A stretch of DNA of 64,000 nt, taken from NCBI GenBank assembly GCA_965203805.1, contig OZ241917.1, forward strand, positions 1,088,001 to 1,152,000. Reading direction: 5' to 3'. The position numbers and the translations under genes were made by a program. Positions within the stretch are counted from its first letter, which is position 1; each line of letters opens with the position of its first letter. The stretch is from Candidatus Latescibacterota bacterium. Lineage in GTDB: Bacteria > Latescibacterota > UBA2968 > GCA-2709665. This document shows, one piece after another, positions 11,914-21,200 of the stretch. The notes under the pieces are model-generated. The model saw only the letters and a list, made by a program, of their open reading frames with translations. It was not told the DNA's origin and ran no database searches.

Positions 11914-13095
11914 TTAGATCGTGCAGAGATCAAACGTCACCCTGACGTACCCACCCTTGTCATCCTGAAATAAACCAGGTTCGGTTCCATTGAAGTCGAG
12001 CATTGACTTACGCATCACGGGCCATCCCCGACCCCGCTGCTCCATGAATCCCTTGACAACCATAATGTTCGCCATGAGTTCGTTTCTCGATCTTGGATGA
12101 GCTCCCGCGCGGACACTCTCAACCGTCATATGATTCGGCAACGAACCGGGACTACTCACATCGACGTGCTGAGAGAAGACTTCAAGAAGCACCTTTGATC
12201 CTGTGATCGCGTAATCCCGATGCACAACGGCGTTGACTAACGCTTCCCGAAGCGCTGCTTCGGGCAATAGCAAACGGTCTTTCCTCGTCAGTCCACGATA
12301 CGACTCAAATCTCCCAAGACCGTGAAACCAACCGACAGCACGTTCGACCTGTTCATCCAATCGACCAGTCACGTCTGCTACCTGAAGCGTATTCGAAGCC
12401 CGGTCCTCTCCTTCATAAGCGACACATTCTATCCGAAAGCTGTGCGTTTGTGGGTAGCGCTGCGGTTCCCTGCCGAATGCCAGTACACCGTAGAGGGTGG
12501 GGTGCAAACCGTCTCCCAAATGTGCCACCACTCCCCGATTACGGAGGTCGTCAATGTCTTCTGGCTGAGGTTCTCCGGGAATTTCGAGCCCATTTGCCTG
12601 GAGATACTCGCGAAAGCACTGGAAATCGATATCGTCCGTTGTCGCAGCCTGAATCGGGCGTTCCTCGGTCATAATGTAACCGAAAGCGTTGTAGAGTTCC
12701 TGTAATTCGCTGGGTGATGGCTCGACGTTGTTGCGTTCCCTTCGGACCCAAACCCGGCCATCGTAGCGCATCGGCTCGAAACTTCGCTGCCGAGGAATCT
12801 CAATCCAATGTACCCAACCTTTCGGATCCTCATGCCACCCGCGATGTGCGGTGACCGGCGAGCTGCAACCCACTTCCAAGAAAGAAGTCAACCTCTCCTG
12901 AACTCTCTCCGCATCCTCTCTGACCCCGACAATTTCCTGGGCAGGGTCGATGCCCAGAATAACAACGCCTCCGTCGGTGTTTGCAAATGCGCATATCGCT
13001 TTGCCGATCGCAGTCAGGTCGCAGGGGCCGCGTTTGAACTCGCTGTGCCGGTCCTCGCCCAATTCGACTCGCTCAAGGATGTTTAGCCAATCCAT
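11914..13095 (-). CDS. AlbA_2/Schlafen-domain protein with RecG-C-like (HATPase_c_4) domain
   Basis: GEDRHSEFKR, ICAFANTDGGVVILG, ALREALVNAVVHRDY, SPGSLP, RNELMA, EQRGRG. Confidence 0.88.
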   Translation of the reverse strand: MDWLNILERVELGEDRHSEFKRGPCDLTAIGKAICAFANTDGGVVILGIDPAQEIVGVREDAERVQERLTSFLEVGCSSPVTAHRGWHEDPKGWVHWIEIPRQRSFEPMRYDGRVWVRRERNNVEPSPSELQELYNAFGYIMTEERPIQAATTDDIDFQCFREYLQANGLEIPGEPQPEDIDDLRNRGVVAHLGDGLHPTLYGVLAFGREPQRYPQTHSFRIECVAYEGEDRASNTLQVADVTGRLDEQVERAVGWFHGLGRFESYRGLTRKDRLLLPEAALREALVNAVVHRDYAITGSKVLLEVFSQHVDVSSPGSLPNHMTVESVRAGAHPRSRNELMANIMVVKGFMEQRGRGWPVMRKSMLDFNGTEPGLFQDDKGGYVRVTFDLCTI

Positions 13096-13417
13096 ACTGA
13101 AAGACCTCAAGACCCACATTTCAGCCGGCGTCGGCAAGACGCTTCGGCACCAGCGTCAACGGTCCTGACACGATGGCGTCGCGGACGGCCGGTTGCTAAA
13201 TAGGCCCGGCACACGCTATGCGGCCTTGATATGCCATCGCCTCCAATTGGATTACTTGATGCGCGTCGCCATTGACGACGACTTTCTCCAAGCAAGTGTT
13301 CCGACTGTCAACGGTGTCCGATAGCGAAGCCCGTTGGAGATCAGATGCTGATTTCGTCGACGCGTCAGCTAATCTTTCACGCTTCTTGCAACCGAATAAT
13401 ATACAATGCAGCGAAAC

Positions 13418-16282
13418 TCACACCCGAAACACCTTCATCACCTCGTCGCCGAGGTGATTGATTACCTTTACCGCAATCCTGCCGGACTTTGGTTTTGCGA
13501 ATGGCCGGGATGTGTCGCTATGGAGGGTTTCCCAGGCTTCCTGGTTGATTTCGGCTTTGAGGGTGGTCTTGAGAGATTTGTATGGGTCGTTTGCGCCGAG
13601 GAAGTATGCCTGGCGAACAAAGAAGCTCTCCTCGTTGTAGTCGGTATCCACGAACCAGCAAGCGATTCCATCAGCGTTGTCGCTGCGGACCTCGCCGGTG
13701 TTGGGGTGAAACACATCTACGCCATGGACGGTGACCTGTGACCAGTGGCCGGTGGTCAGTGAAAGCGGGAAATCTGAGCTACTCAGGTCCTCGAGTGCAG
13801 CGAGCGTTTTAGCCCGTTGAGCATACGTCCGATTTCTCCCGTTTGACTCAGTAGCTGATTGACCTGTTCCGTCGTGGCCATCCCCAATCGGCGCACCAGA
13901 ATCAGGTATGTCTCCGTCTCTGCCAGAGACCCGCTCGCGATCCCCAGAAACCGAAGAAACTCCCTGGTCCCGTGTCGTTCTGCTCCCTCGGCGATGTTCG
14001 CCGCGATCGAAATCACCGATCTCCGTATCTGGCTGCTGAGACCGTACTTCTCGTCCGGCGGAAACTGAGCAGAGACTCGATAGATCTTCTCTGCCAAGTC
14101 TATTGATTTCTTCCAAACTTCCAATTCCTGATAACTCTTCAATGTGCTCATAGTTCGCCACCATCCTGCCTCTACTGGTCACCAGCCACTGACCACTGAC
14201 TACTGAAATATCCGGCTCCCCGAAGACGACAAATAGGTTTCCGTTGCCGGTGTTCTTAAGGTCTTCCGCCATGTGGAGGTCTGCATTCATACGCGCTTTG
14301 AGAACCGGGACGCGGCCAGCTTTGTTGAAATCCGAAGCATGGGCATCGTAGTTGAAAGCACAGGCGATTAACACATCAAAATCGGCATCGGCTGCCTCCC
14401 GGGCGGCCTGTACCAGATCGGGGCGGGAGACCGTGCCGAATTCGGGCCCAACAAAGATACCCGCGCGTTTCTCGGAACCGTATGAGGCGTTTCCCTCAGC
14501 GTAAGTTCCCTCTGCGCAGACAAGATCGCCGGGCCAGGGTCGCATCCCTGAGAAAAAAATCCGGTCCTCTTTGTGCGCCTGCTGGACGCCCGCGTTCTTG
14601 AGATTTTCCAGGATTATCTCCGCGAAGTCCGGCTTTTCTCCGTAGCCGAGTTTCGCCTCGGCGACGTTGTCTATCAATGCATCGTCTTCGTCGACACCGA
14701 GAAGTCGGTGCGGCGACAGACTCTCGACCGTGAACGGTCCCGCTACCCGCACTTTCTTCTTGTCCTCGAACGGCTTGTCGTAAAGATACTCGTAATCCGC
14801 TTTGGCGGCTATGGATGCATCGATTTCCTCTTGACGGGCGATGCGATAATCCCAGAATTCAGTGAGCAGTGGCTGAGTGGCCGGTGGCCAGTCTTCCGGC
14901 TTCTCACGCGGCACCTCCCATTCTTCCAATGGCCGGCCGATGTTTTGTGTCCCTTCGCGGCCTCCCGACCACTGGCCACTGACCACTGACAACTGTTCCC
15001 GCAACGTCTCCAGCGTTTCCTGGTATTTCTCCCAGATTACATCGATTTCGGCGTTGTTGGCGATGGACTTAAGGGTAATATGTGGAACGCGCTCGTACAC
15101 GAAACCCTGACGAATATCGTTACCCGTGGTCGCTTCCGAGGGAGCTTTTCGGGCGAGCGCGGCTTCCTTGATTTGGCCGTCGCGGCTGTCGGAGAGCAGG
15201 TAGTAGGGATAGCGTGCACCCATGACGCGGGCTCGGGCGAGCGCGAGGGCGACGCGGGAGGTGTCGATTGTGATCCAGCGGCGACCCCACTGCTCAGCGA
15301 CGTAGGCCGTGGTGCCGGAGCCGCAGGTGGGGTCGAGGACGAGATCGCCGGGGTCGGTGGTCATTAGAATGCAGCGTTCGACTACTCGACGTGCTGTTTG
15401 AACGACGTAGACCTTATACTCACTCCAACCCGCGATGGCTGTATCGTTCCACGCATTATTCAATGGCAGGGCGGGGTAATCGCTAAGGTATCGTACGTAG
15501 TTCACTGAAGATGAACGGACATAGAGACGATTGGCCTTGTCGAGCCTTCTCATACCGCCCACATTGGTCTTCCACCCTCCAGATCCAGGACGGAAGCACC
15601 GGCCACGATAGGAGTATTCGAACCGAGTGGTGTCGCCCCCCGATTGGGATGTCAAGTTATCGATTCTCAGGCAGTCTCTGGTAGTCTTTGGGTCGACTAA
15701 TTCAGAGGCTGCCAGCCGTCTAATCTCCCCTCCGTCATCACGCACGTAAACATATTCCGCAGCACCCTGTGTTTGGTGGGACTTGCTTCGTTTCAGACTA
15801 CGGAATTTCATCATCTCCTTGTTTCGTGAGTACCAGATAGCACAGTCCGATACGCTCGGAATAAAGGCAGATGTGGCGCTTGATGTCTTGGCGAACGAAA
15901 TGGTGCTCACATGATTCATCTCTCCAAACACCTCGTCCATCAACGCCCGCACCCGGTGCACATTCTCGTCGCCAATCTGGACGAAGACCGACCCACTCTC
16001 CGTCAACAGATCCCGCGCCACAGTCAGCCGGTCCCTCAGATATGTTAAGTAGGAATGAATCCCGTCCCGCCACGTATCCCGAAAGGCCTTGACCTGCTCA
16101 GGCTCGCGGGTGATGTGATCGGCCTTGCCGTCCTTGACGTCGCGGCTGGTCGTTGACCATTGGAAGTTTGAGTTAAACCTGATGCCGTACGGCGGATCAA
16201 TGTAGATGCACTGCACTTTGCCGCGGAGCCCCTCTCGCTCCGTCAGCGACGCCATCACCTGTAGACTATCGCCGAGAATCAT
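13418..16282 (-). CDS. mod: type III R-M DNA methyltransferase (Mod), catalytic part, with two repeat-derived insertions
   Basis: DPPY precedes DPTCGSGTT (beta class); C-terminus GRIAVKVINHLGDEVMKVFRV; cut off from its N-terminus by one in-frame TAG. Confidence 0.9.
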   Translation of the reverse strand: MILGDSLQVMASLTEREGLRGKVQCIYIDPPYGIRFNSNFQWSTTSRDVKDGKADHITREPEQVKAFRDTWRDGIHSYLTYLRDRLTVARDLLTESGSVFVQIGDENVHRVRALMDEVFGEMNHVSTISFAKTSSATSAFIPSVSDCAIWYSRNKEMMKFRSLKRSKSHQTQGAAEYVYVRDDGGEIRRLAASELVDPKTTRDCLRIDNLTSQSGGDTTRFEYSYRGRCFRPGSGGWKTNVGGMRRLDKANRLYVRSSSVNYVRYLSDYPALPLNNAWNDTAIAGWSEYKVYVVQTARRVVERCILMTTDPGDLVLDPTCGSGTTAYVAEQWGRRWITIDTSRVALALARARVMGARYPYYLLSDSRDGQIKEAALARKAPSEATTGNDIRQGFVYERVPHITLKSIANNAEIDVIWEKYQETLETLREQLSVVSGQWSGGREGTQNIGRPLEEWEVPREKPEDWPPATQPLLTEFWDYRIARQEEIDASIAAKADYEYLYDKPFEDKKKVRVAGPFTVESLSPHRLLGVDEDDALIDNVAEAKLGYGEKPDFAEIILENLKNAGVQQAHKEDRIFFSGMRPWPGDLVCAEGTYAEGNASYGSEKRAGIFVGPEFGTVSRPDLVQAAREAADADFDVLIACAFNYDAHASDFNKAGRVPVLKARMNADLHMAEDLKNTGNGNLFVVFGEPDISVVSGQWLVTSRGRMVANYEHIEELSGIGSLEEINRLGREDLSSLCSVSAGREVRSQQPDTEIGDFDRGEHRRGSRTTRDQGVSSVSGDRERVSGRDGDIPDSGAPIGDGHDGTGQSATESNGRNRTYAQRAKTLAALEDLSSSDFPLSLTTGHWSQVTVHGVDVFHPNTGEVRSDNADGIACWFVDTDYNEESFFVRQAYFLGANDPYKSLKTTLKAEINQEAWETLHSDTSRPFAKPKSGRIAVKVINHLGDEVMKVFRV
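13735..13762. repeat. heptamer array (YCAGTGR-like x4), downstream arm of the nested element
   Basis: cctgtga ccagtgg ccggtgg tcagtga. Confidence 0.85.
13783..14151 (-). CDS. four-helix-bundle protein (23S rRNA intervening-sequence / Avd-like family) nested within mod
   Basis: SYQELEVWKKS, FPPDEKYGLSSQIRRSVISIAANIAEG, FLGIASGSLAETET; +1 frame relative to mod. Confidence 0.93.
   Translation of the reverse strand: MSTLKSYQELEVWKKSIDLAEKIYRVSAQFPPDEKYGLSSQIRRSVISIAANIAEGAERHGTREFLRFLGIASGSLAETETYLILVRRLGMATTEQVNQLLSQTGEIGRMLNGLKRSLHSRT
14172..14206. repeat. heptamer array (CCACTGA-like x5), upstream arm, inverted relative to 13735-13762
   Basis: ctactgg tcaccag ccactga ccactga ctactga. Confidence 0.88.
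14859..14996. repeat. second inverted pair of the same heptamer arrays within mod
   Basis: tcagtga gcagtgg ctgagtgg ccggtgg ccagtct (14859-14894) and ccactgg ccactga ccactga caactgt (14969-14996). Confidence 0.85.
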
Positions 16283-16291
16283 CCGGTTCGA

Positions 16292-16699
16292 CTAGTTGGC
16301 ATCGTGCAGGTAAAATTCCGTCTGAGCGTCCGTACTCGGTAGCCCGTTGAAATCCGCGAACAGGTCGGGTTGGGTGCCCGATTCGCCCTCCGTTTTCCCA
16401 GTATCCGATTCTTTGCTACGCTGCCGCAGGTCGTCGATTAACACCTTGGGTTGAACCTTTTCCTGAATAAACAGCGGCGGTGCCTGCACGACAAGATCGG
16501 ACCAATTCTGCTCGTCCTTCCCCCGCCACACAAGTTGTGGATCCAGATCCCGGTTCCGTCGTTCGTACGCCACCTTGATCGGATTTCTATCGTCATCCTT
16601 TATTACCGCCTGATATTCAGCCGTAGGGATGTTCTTTCTCGTCGCGTCCTGATGTCGAATGGCTTCGACCTGTTTGGTTTTTCGTGCTTTTCGCGCCAT
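16292..16699 (-). pseudogene. mod: N-terminal part of mod, ended by a premature TAG
   Basis: RKNIPTAE, RDLDPQLVWRGKD, DLFADFNG; continues in frame as HDAN*SNRMILGDSL into the downstream ORF. Confidence 0.85.
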
Positions 16700-16723
16700 C
16701 TAAGGTTTCACTCCTCCACATTT

Positions 16724-16912
16724 CTACCTGGTCGGTTCTACTCCGAGATCGCGGCAGATCTTTCTTGCCAACCAATCGTCGATTTCTCGATGGCGTGGAA
16801 TCGCAGAACGACGGCCATTTCGGTCGTTACGCCACCAGGAATGCCTCCCGCCTTCACGGATCAAGGCGCATCCGTGCCGCCGAAGGTGTTTAAGCAGGTC
16901 AACCCGCTTCAT
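16724..16912 (-). CDS. hicA: HicA family mRNase toxin
   Basis: 62 aa, REGGRHSWW with catalytic His, IPRHREI, ICRDLG. Confidence 0.88.
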   Translation of the reverse strand: MKRVDLLKHLRRHGCALIREGGRHSWWRNDRNGRRSAIPRHREIDDWLARKICRDLGVEPTR

Positions 16913-17118
16913 GTTATCACGACCTTCTCCTCATGATAGTCCTCGCCCGCCGCATCCAAAGCTTCGCGCCGGTTGAATTTCAATGCCTCGGAGAGGGTTT
17001 CCACGAGGCTCTGCCTTAATTCTTTATGGGTACGTTCCTGGCAATTCACGCCAGGTACTTCCTCAATCCAGCCAATCCACCACTTACCTCTGCGTTTCAC
17101 GACGGCTGTGTATTCCAT
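16909..17118 (-). CDS. hicB: short HicB family antitoxin (no DNA-binding domain)
   Basis: YTAVVKR, WIGWIEEVPGVNCQERT; GAGGTG RBS; ATGA overlap with hicA. Confidence 0.85.
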   Translation of the reverse strand: MEYTAVVKRRGKWWIGWIEEVPGVNCQERTHKELRQSLVETLSEALKFNRREALDAAGEDYHEEKVVIT

Positions 17119-17120
17119 GT

Positions 17121-17259
17121 TCACCTCGTAGTCTTGACGGAAAGGCAACCTTCGACGGCGTCATAGAGGTTTGTCAGAAACTCCCCAAAGGATTCACCTT
17201 GCGTCGCACATCCAGGGACGGGGGTACTTGCACCGATGGATCACAACTTTCAATTTCAT
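17121..17259 (-). pseudogene. degraded second hicB-like gene
   Basis: MKLKVVIH start with GAGG RBS, then deletion/frameshift, then VPGCATQGESFGEFLTNLYDAVEGCLSV. Confidence 0.7.
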
Positions 17260-17336
17260 TGTTACCTCATCGACCAGTTCGAGGTCGCTGTTCACCTCAA
17301 TCATTACGCTACCCCTTCCGCCGAAGGTGCAGCAGT

Positions 17337-18116
17337 TCACGCCGCAACACGTTGCAAGACCTTCCGATTGAAGTCTTCTCGGGAAGCCAGAGATGATATC
17401 ATATCGCCGCCGACGTCGGAGAGTCTCGCCAGATCCCTCCTGGGGATCTCCGCCTGATCTTCGAACACGAGAATGGACTCGAAGTGGAGGTCGTGCCGGT
17501 GGAAATGTGAAAGCATGATCGTCGTTAGACGTGCCTTGTCACGGTTTGGTACACCGTAGAGGAACAAAGGAACGTCCCCCTTGCCCTCGATGCGGTAGTC
17601 CACGGGGTAGACCTCGGCGTTTGGTACCCGCGGTTGGAAGTCCCGTTCGATCTTGGCTTCGTCCACCATGCTGAAAAGAAGATCGGTCAAGTCGTCGTAG
17701 AACGTGGAACCGACGTTCGAGCGAGACAGCATCGTCAGGTCGTAGACCCTGGTCAGCGCCTGTCCAAAGGAAAAGATGGCTTCCGGCAGCCGTTCAGGTG
17801 ACGTCTCCAGCGAGAAGGCGCCGCCGTCCCATTGAAGTCCGGTTTCACCCATGATGCGTTCAAGGAGCATCCCCCGCGTTCCATCCAGAAATGCGTCCAC
17901 GTCATGCTCGTAGCTGATGTGCATGAGTGTGTGTCCGCGATCCGACAGCCGGAACCCGCCCGACCCCACTTCGGCAAGGTGAATCGGATAGCGGTCTCCA
18001 TCGGGAAACTCGAAACGCGTGCGAAGCATTAACGCTCCGTCAGGGCGTTGTTCGACTCCTACGTCTTCGCAGAGACGTTTGCATAATAGCTCTCGAAGCG
18101 CGTCGAGGTCGATCAT
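17337..18116 (-). CDS. DUF1828 domain-containing protein
   Basis: TRFEFPDGDRYPIHL, FRLSDRGHTLMH, STFYDD, YPVDY. Confidence 0.75.
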   Translation of the reverse strand: MIDLDALRELLCKRLCEDVGVEQRPDGALMLRTRFEFPDGDRYPIHLAEVGSGGFRLSDRGHTLMHISYEHDVDAFLDGTRGMLLERIMGETGLQWDGGAFSLETSPERLPEAIFSFGQALTRVYDLTMLSRSNVGSTFYDDLTDLLFSMVDEAKIERDFQPRVPNAEVYPVDYRIEGKGDVPLFLYGVPNRDKARLTTIMLSHFHRHDLHFESILVFEDQAEIPRRDLARLSDVGGDMISSLASREDFNRKVLQRVAA

Positions 18117-18184
18117 TAGAGCATCCGCTTCGGCATTGACCGGAGTCCTGCAAGCTCCTCGTCGGTATATAGCTTGGTATTCAC
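18116..18184 (-). pseudogene. possible remnant of the small gene usually paired with DUF1828
   Basis: GTG-start 22-aa ORF (LYTDEELAGLRSMPKRML*) whose TAA overlaps the DUF1828 ATG (TAATG). Confidence 0.35.
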
Positions 18185-18240
18185 GTACAATCGCCGGCAG
18201 GCTCATTCGAGTGATGAACCTACCTCGCCTCCCTTTTTGC

Positions 18241-21200
18241 TCAGGCTTCGACAGTCTGCTGGTTGCACCTGAGTATTTCGTTCCGGATCATTTCATCAAA
18301 CGTCGCTTCCACTTTTGACTCGAAGTCTGCTTGCATCTCGTAAACGTCGGAGAACTCTGCGAACGCCCATCGCCCGTAGTTCTCGAGGTTGTTCACGCCA
18401 GGGACCCAGTAGGTGTCCATTGTGGTCTTCTTCTGCTTGGCGTCCTCGCCTCGATAGCCTTTGATTTCCACGATGAGGTGCAGAGGATCATCTTCACCTC
18501 GTCCGTCGTCAACGACGACGATAAAGTCGGGGATGTACGTCCGTGTTTTCGAACCATGTCTGTAGGGTACTTCGAGTCCCAGATTGTGATTCTTGACGTA
18601 CGATTTTACCTGGGGATGAGATTCGGCAACACGGCAGAATTCCGCCTCCCAGTCGCTGTCCAGTACCACCCAATTGATGTGGCAGCGACGTGGATCCGTT
18701 TGATATCGTCTCGTTTTGGTCGTATTGAAATTCACCTCGGCGGTCGATCCGAACGGGTTGTAGGGATCGAGCACGGCCTTAACAGGACGACTGCCAATTT
18801 GCGCCTGGGTGATGGCCGCCGTGATTCGATTGCACGCGTCGTCTGCAAGCGCCTGGTACATCAATTGCGCCGGGTAGGTGCTTCCCTTGCAGATAAGACA
18901 GTTATCCAACCATTTCCTTGTGATGCTCTTCAGTTGTCCGAAGAGATGGAGCTTCGGTTCATCTCCCGGATCCCGCCATTTTGTATACAATAGCCTCTGG
19001 GTAAGGTGGAACAAGAGTGTGGATTGCCGAAGATCGTTTGTATGGATCAGGTTGAGATCCACGCCTTCACCAATAATCCCCTGATTGGTGGTAATGGACG
19101 GCCCGATCAGATCCGGCGTCAGTTCCATAACGGAGTCGTCGTTGAACTCGGCCGTAAGCCTCTCTTCGGGCAATTCCACGCGATATCCGGCCACCCGGGG
19201 GAATCGTATCTCAAGTGCGTCCCTCTCCGGCCGCATCGCGCGTACCTGGACAGTTTCTCGCGGGGCAGGTGGAGCAACCACGACAGGTTTGGCGGTAAAG
19301 TCGAATGGTATGCCCAAGACGTCAGCATACTCCACGTCGAACAAGCCGATGTCATTGAGATCGTAGGACTGACGGCGCAGGGCGCGGCCGACAACCTGCT
19401 CACAGAGCAACTGAGTGCCGAATGCGCGGACTCCCAGAACGTGGCTGACGTTGTTCGCGTCCCAGCCTTCGGTGAGCATGGACACAGAAACCACACACCG
19501 AATGGAATCCCCGAGCCGGCCGGCCTTGCCGACCGTGTTCATGACCTCACGGAGAAGCTCCTGGTCGGAGATCTTTTCAGCCTGTTGTCGATCCCCCGTT
19601 CGTTCGATAATCTCTCGCCTGAATCGTTCGATTTCATCGGCGGCCATCTTCCGGAAACTCGTGTCCAACGCGTCGCCGGACTCCAACTGCTCGCTGTCTA
19701 TAAGTAAAGTACGTGGCCGAGCGAACTTTTCTCCATATTCGTCGAAGTTGCGAAACAGATCGAGGCGTCCCTGAACAAAATTCGACGAACCTTCGTCGGT
19801 CTCGCGATAGAATCCGGAGATGTAGTCGTAAACCAGCTTGGATGTCGACGTATTGTTGCAGACGACGATAAAACACGGCGGAACGGTTATGCCCGCGTTT
19901 TCCATCACTTCAAAGGTATTCTTGTAATGCCCGTAAAGCGCCTCCAGCGCTGTCTGCAGTTCAACGGGAAGGCTCAGCGGATCGAGATGCTTGCTCTTGC
20001 CGCGTCCCTTCTTTGGCATGGCAGGACGAATGTGTTCCCAGAGGTTCCTGAACTTGGGCATGTCCCCACCGGGGATGTTGTCCGCTACGGGCACGCGGGG
20101 AAGTTTGACGATGCCGCACTCAATCGCATCCATCAACGAAAAGTCGCACATTGTCCATGGGAACAGTGTCCCTTCCGCATATCCGGAACCACGCAAGAAG
20201 AAAGGCGTGGCTGAGAGATCCAGGACACGGCTGATGCCAAGCTTTCTGTCAACCGTCTCCAGTCCCGAAATCCACAGACGCGCGGCTTCCGTGTTCTTCT
20301 CGGCTTCTTTCCTATCGTCACCCTTAAGCGTGCCTTCCTCCCCGCGCCCCGGCTTTTCACGGTAGCAGTGATGGGCTTCGTCATTCAGGACGATGACATT
20401 CTTGATCCCCATCAGTTCGGGCATCACCCGCTGGAGCATCTGACCCTCTGATTCCAACGTCGCCAATGGTTCGCCACGACCTTGAAGTAATAAACGACCT
20501 CCCTTGGAAAGGTCAAAGCGCTCCCGCAACTTGAACGCGTGGTAATTGGTGATGACGATCTTCGCCTGTTGAAGATCCGCCAGCATGTCGCCTGGGACCA
20601 ATTCACGTTGTTTATAGTAGCTGTCCGGATCGTTGGGTTGCAACACACGCAGCCGATCCTTGATCGTGATACCGGGCGTGACGACGAGGAATCCCCGCGT
20701 AAATCGCCTGCTCTGCGGTCGGCGTACGGCGTTGATGGTCTGCCATGCGATCAACATCGCCATGACCGTGGTCTTGCCAGCCCCCGTCGCCAGTTTTAAC
20801 GCCAGTCGCTGCAATCCTGTATTCGCTTCTTTGTTGGCGCTGGCCAGATGGTCGAGGAATCTCCTGCCGGTCGCGCCGGCTTGCGGGGCAACCTCTGTCA
20901 GCCAGATAACCGTTTCCACGGCTTCGATCTGACAAAAGAATGGCTTAATATCATTAAACGGATGTTTCCGCCAGTACTCGAGCAATCGGGCAGTTTCGGA
21001 TGAGACCTGCCATTGTCTGGGATTCGGCAGTTTTCGCCAGCGGTCGACCTGAAGTCGTACGCCGTTGATAATTTCGGTCAGGTCGTATTGCTGGCCTTCT
21101 GTCCCGAGTCTCCTGGCAGCCTCGTCGAAGACCATCGCCGTTTGATCCGTTGAAGATCCCGTTCGCTTTCTCGGCAATGGGATGGGCGAAATAAACTCTG

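Noticed and set aside
13739-14206. Intein or group I/II intron in mod
   Set aside because: No C-terminal His-Asn followed by Cys/Ser/Thr, no intein blocks, and no recognisable intron domain V or core elements.
13735-14996. Diversity-generating retroelement (because of the Avd-like gene)
   Set aside because: No reverse transcriptase and no TR/VR pair. The mod-tail duplicate differs mainly at third codon positions, not specifically at adenines.
16292-16294. Genome-wide TAG reassignment or pyrrolysine
   Set aside because: TAG ends several conserved genes at their expected termini, and no pyl genes are in the window.
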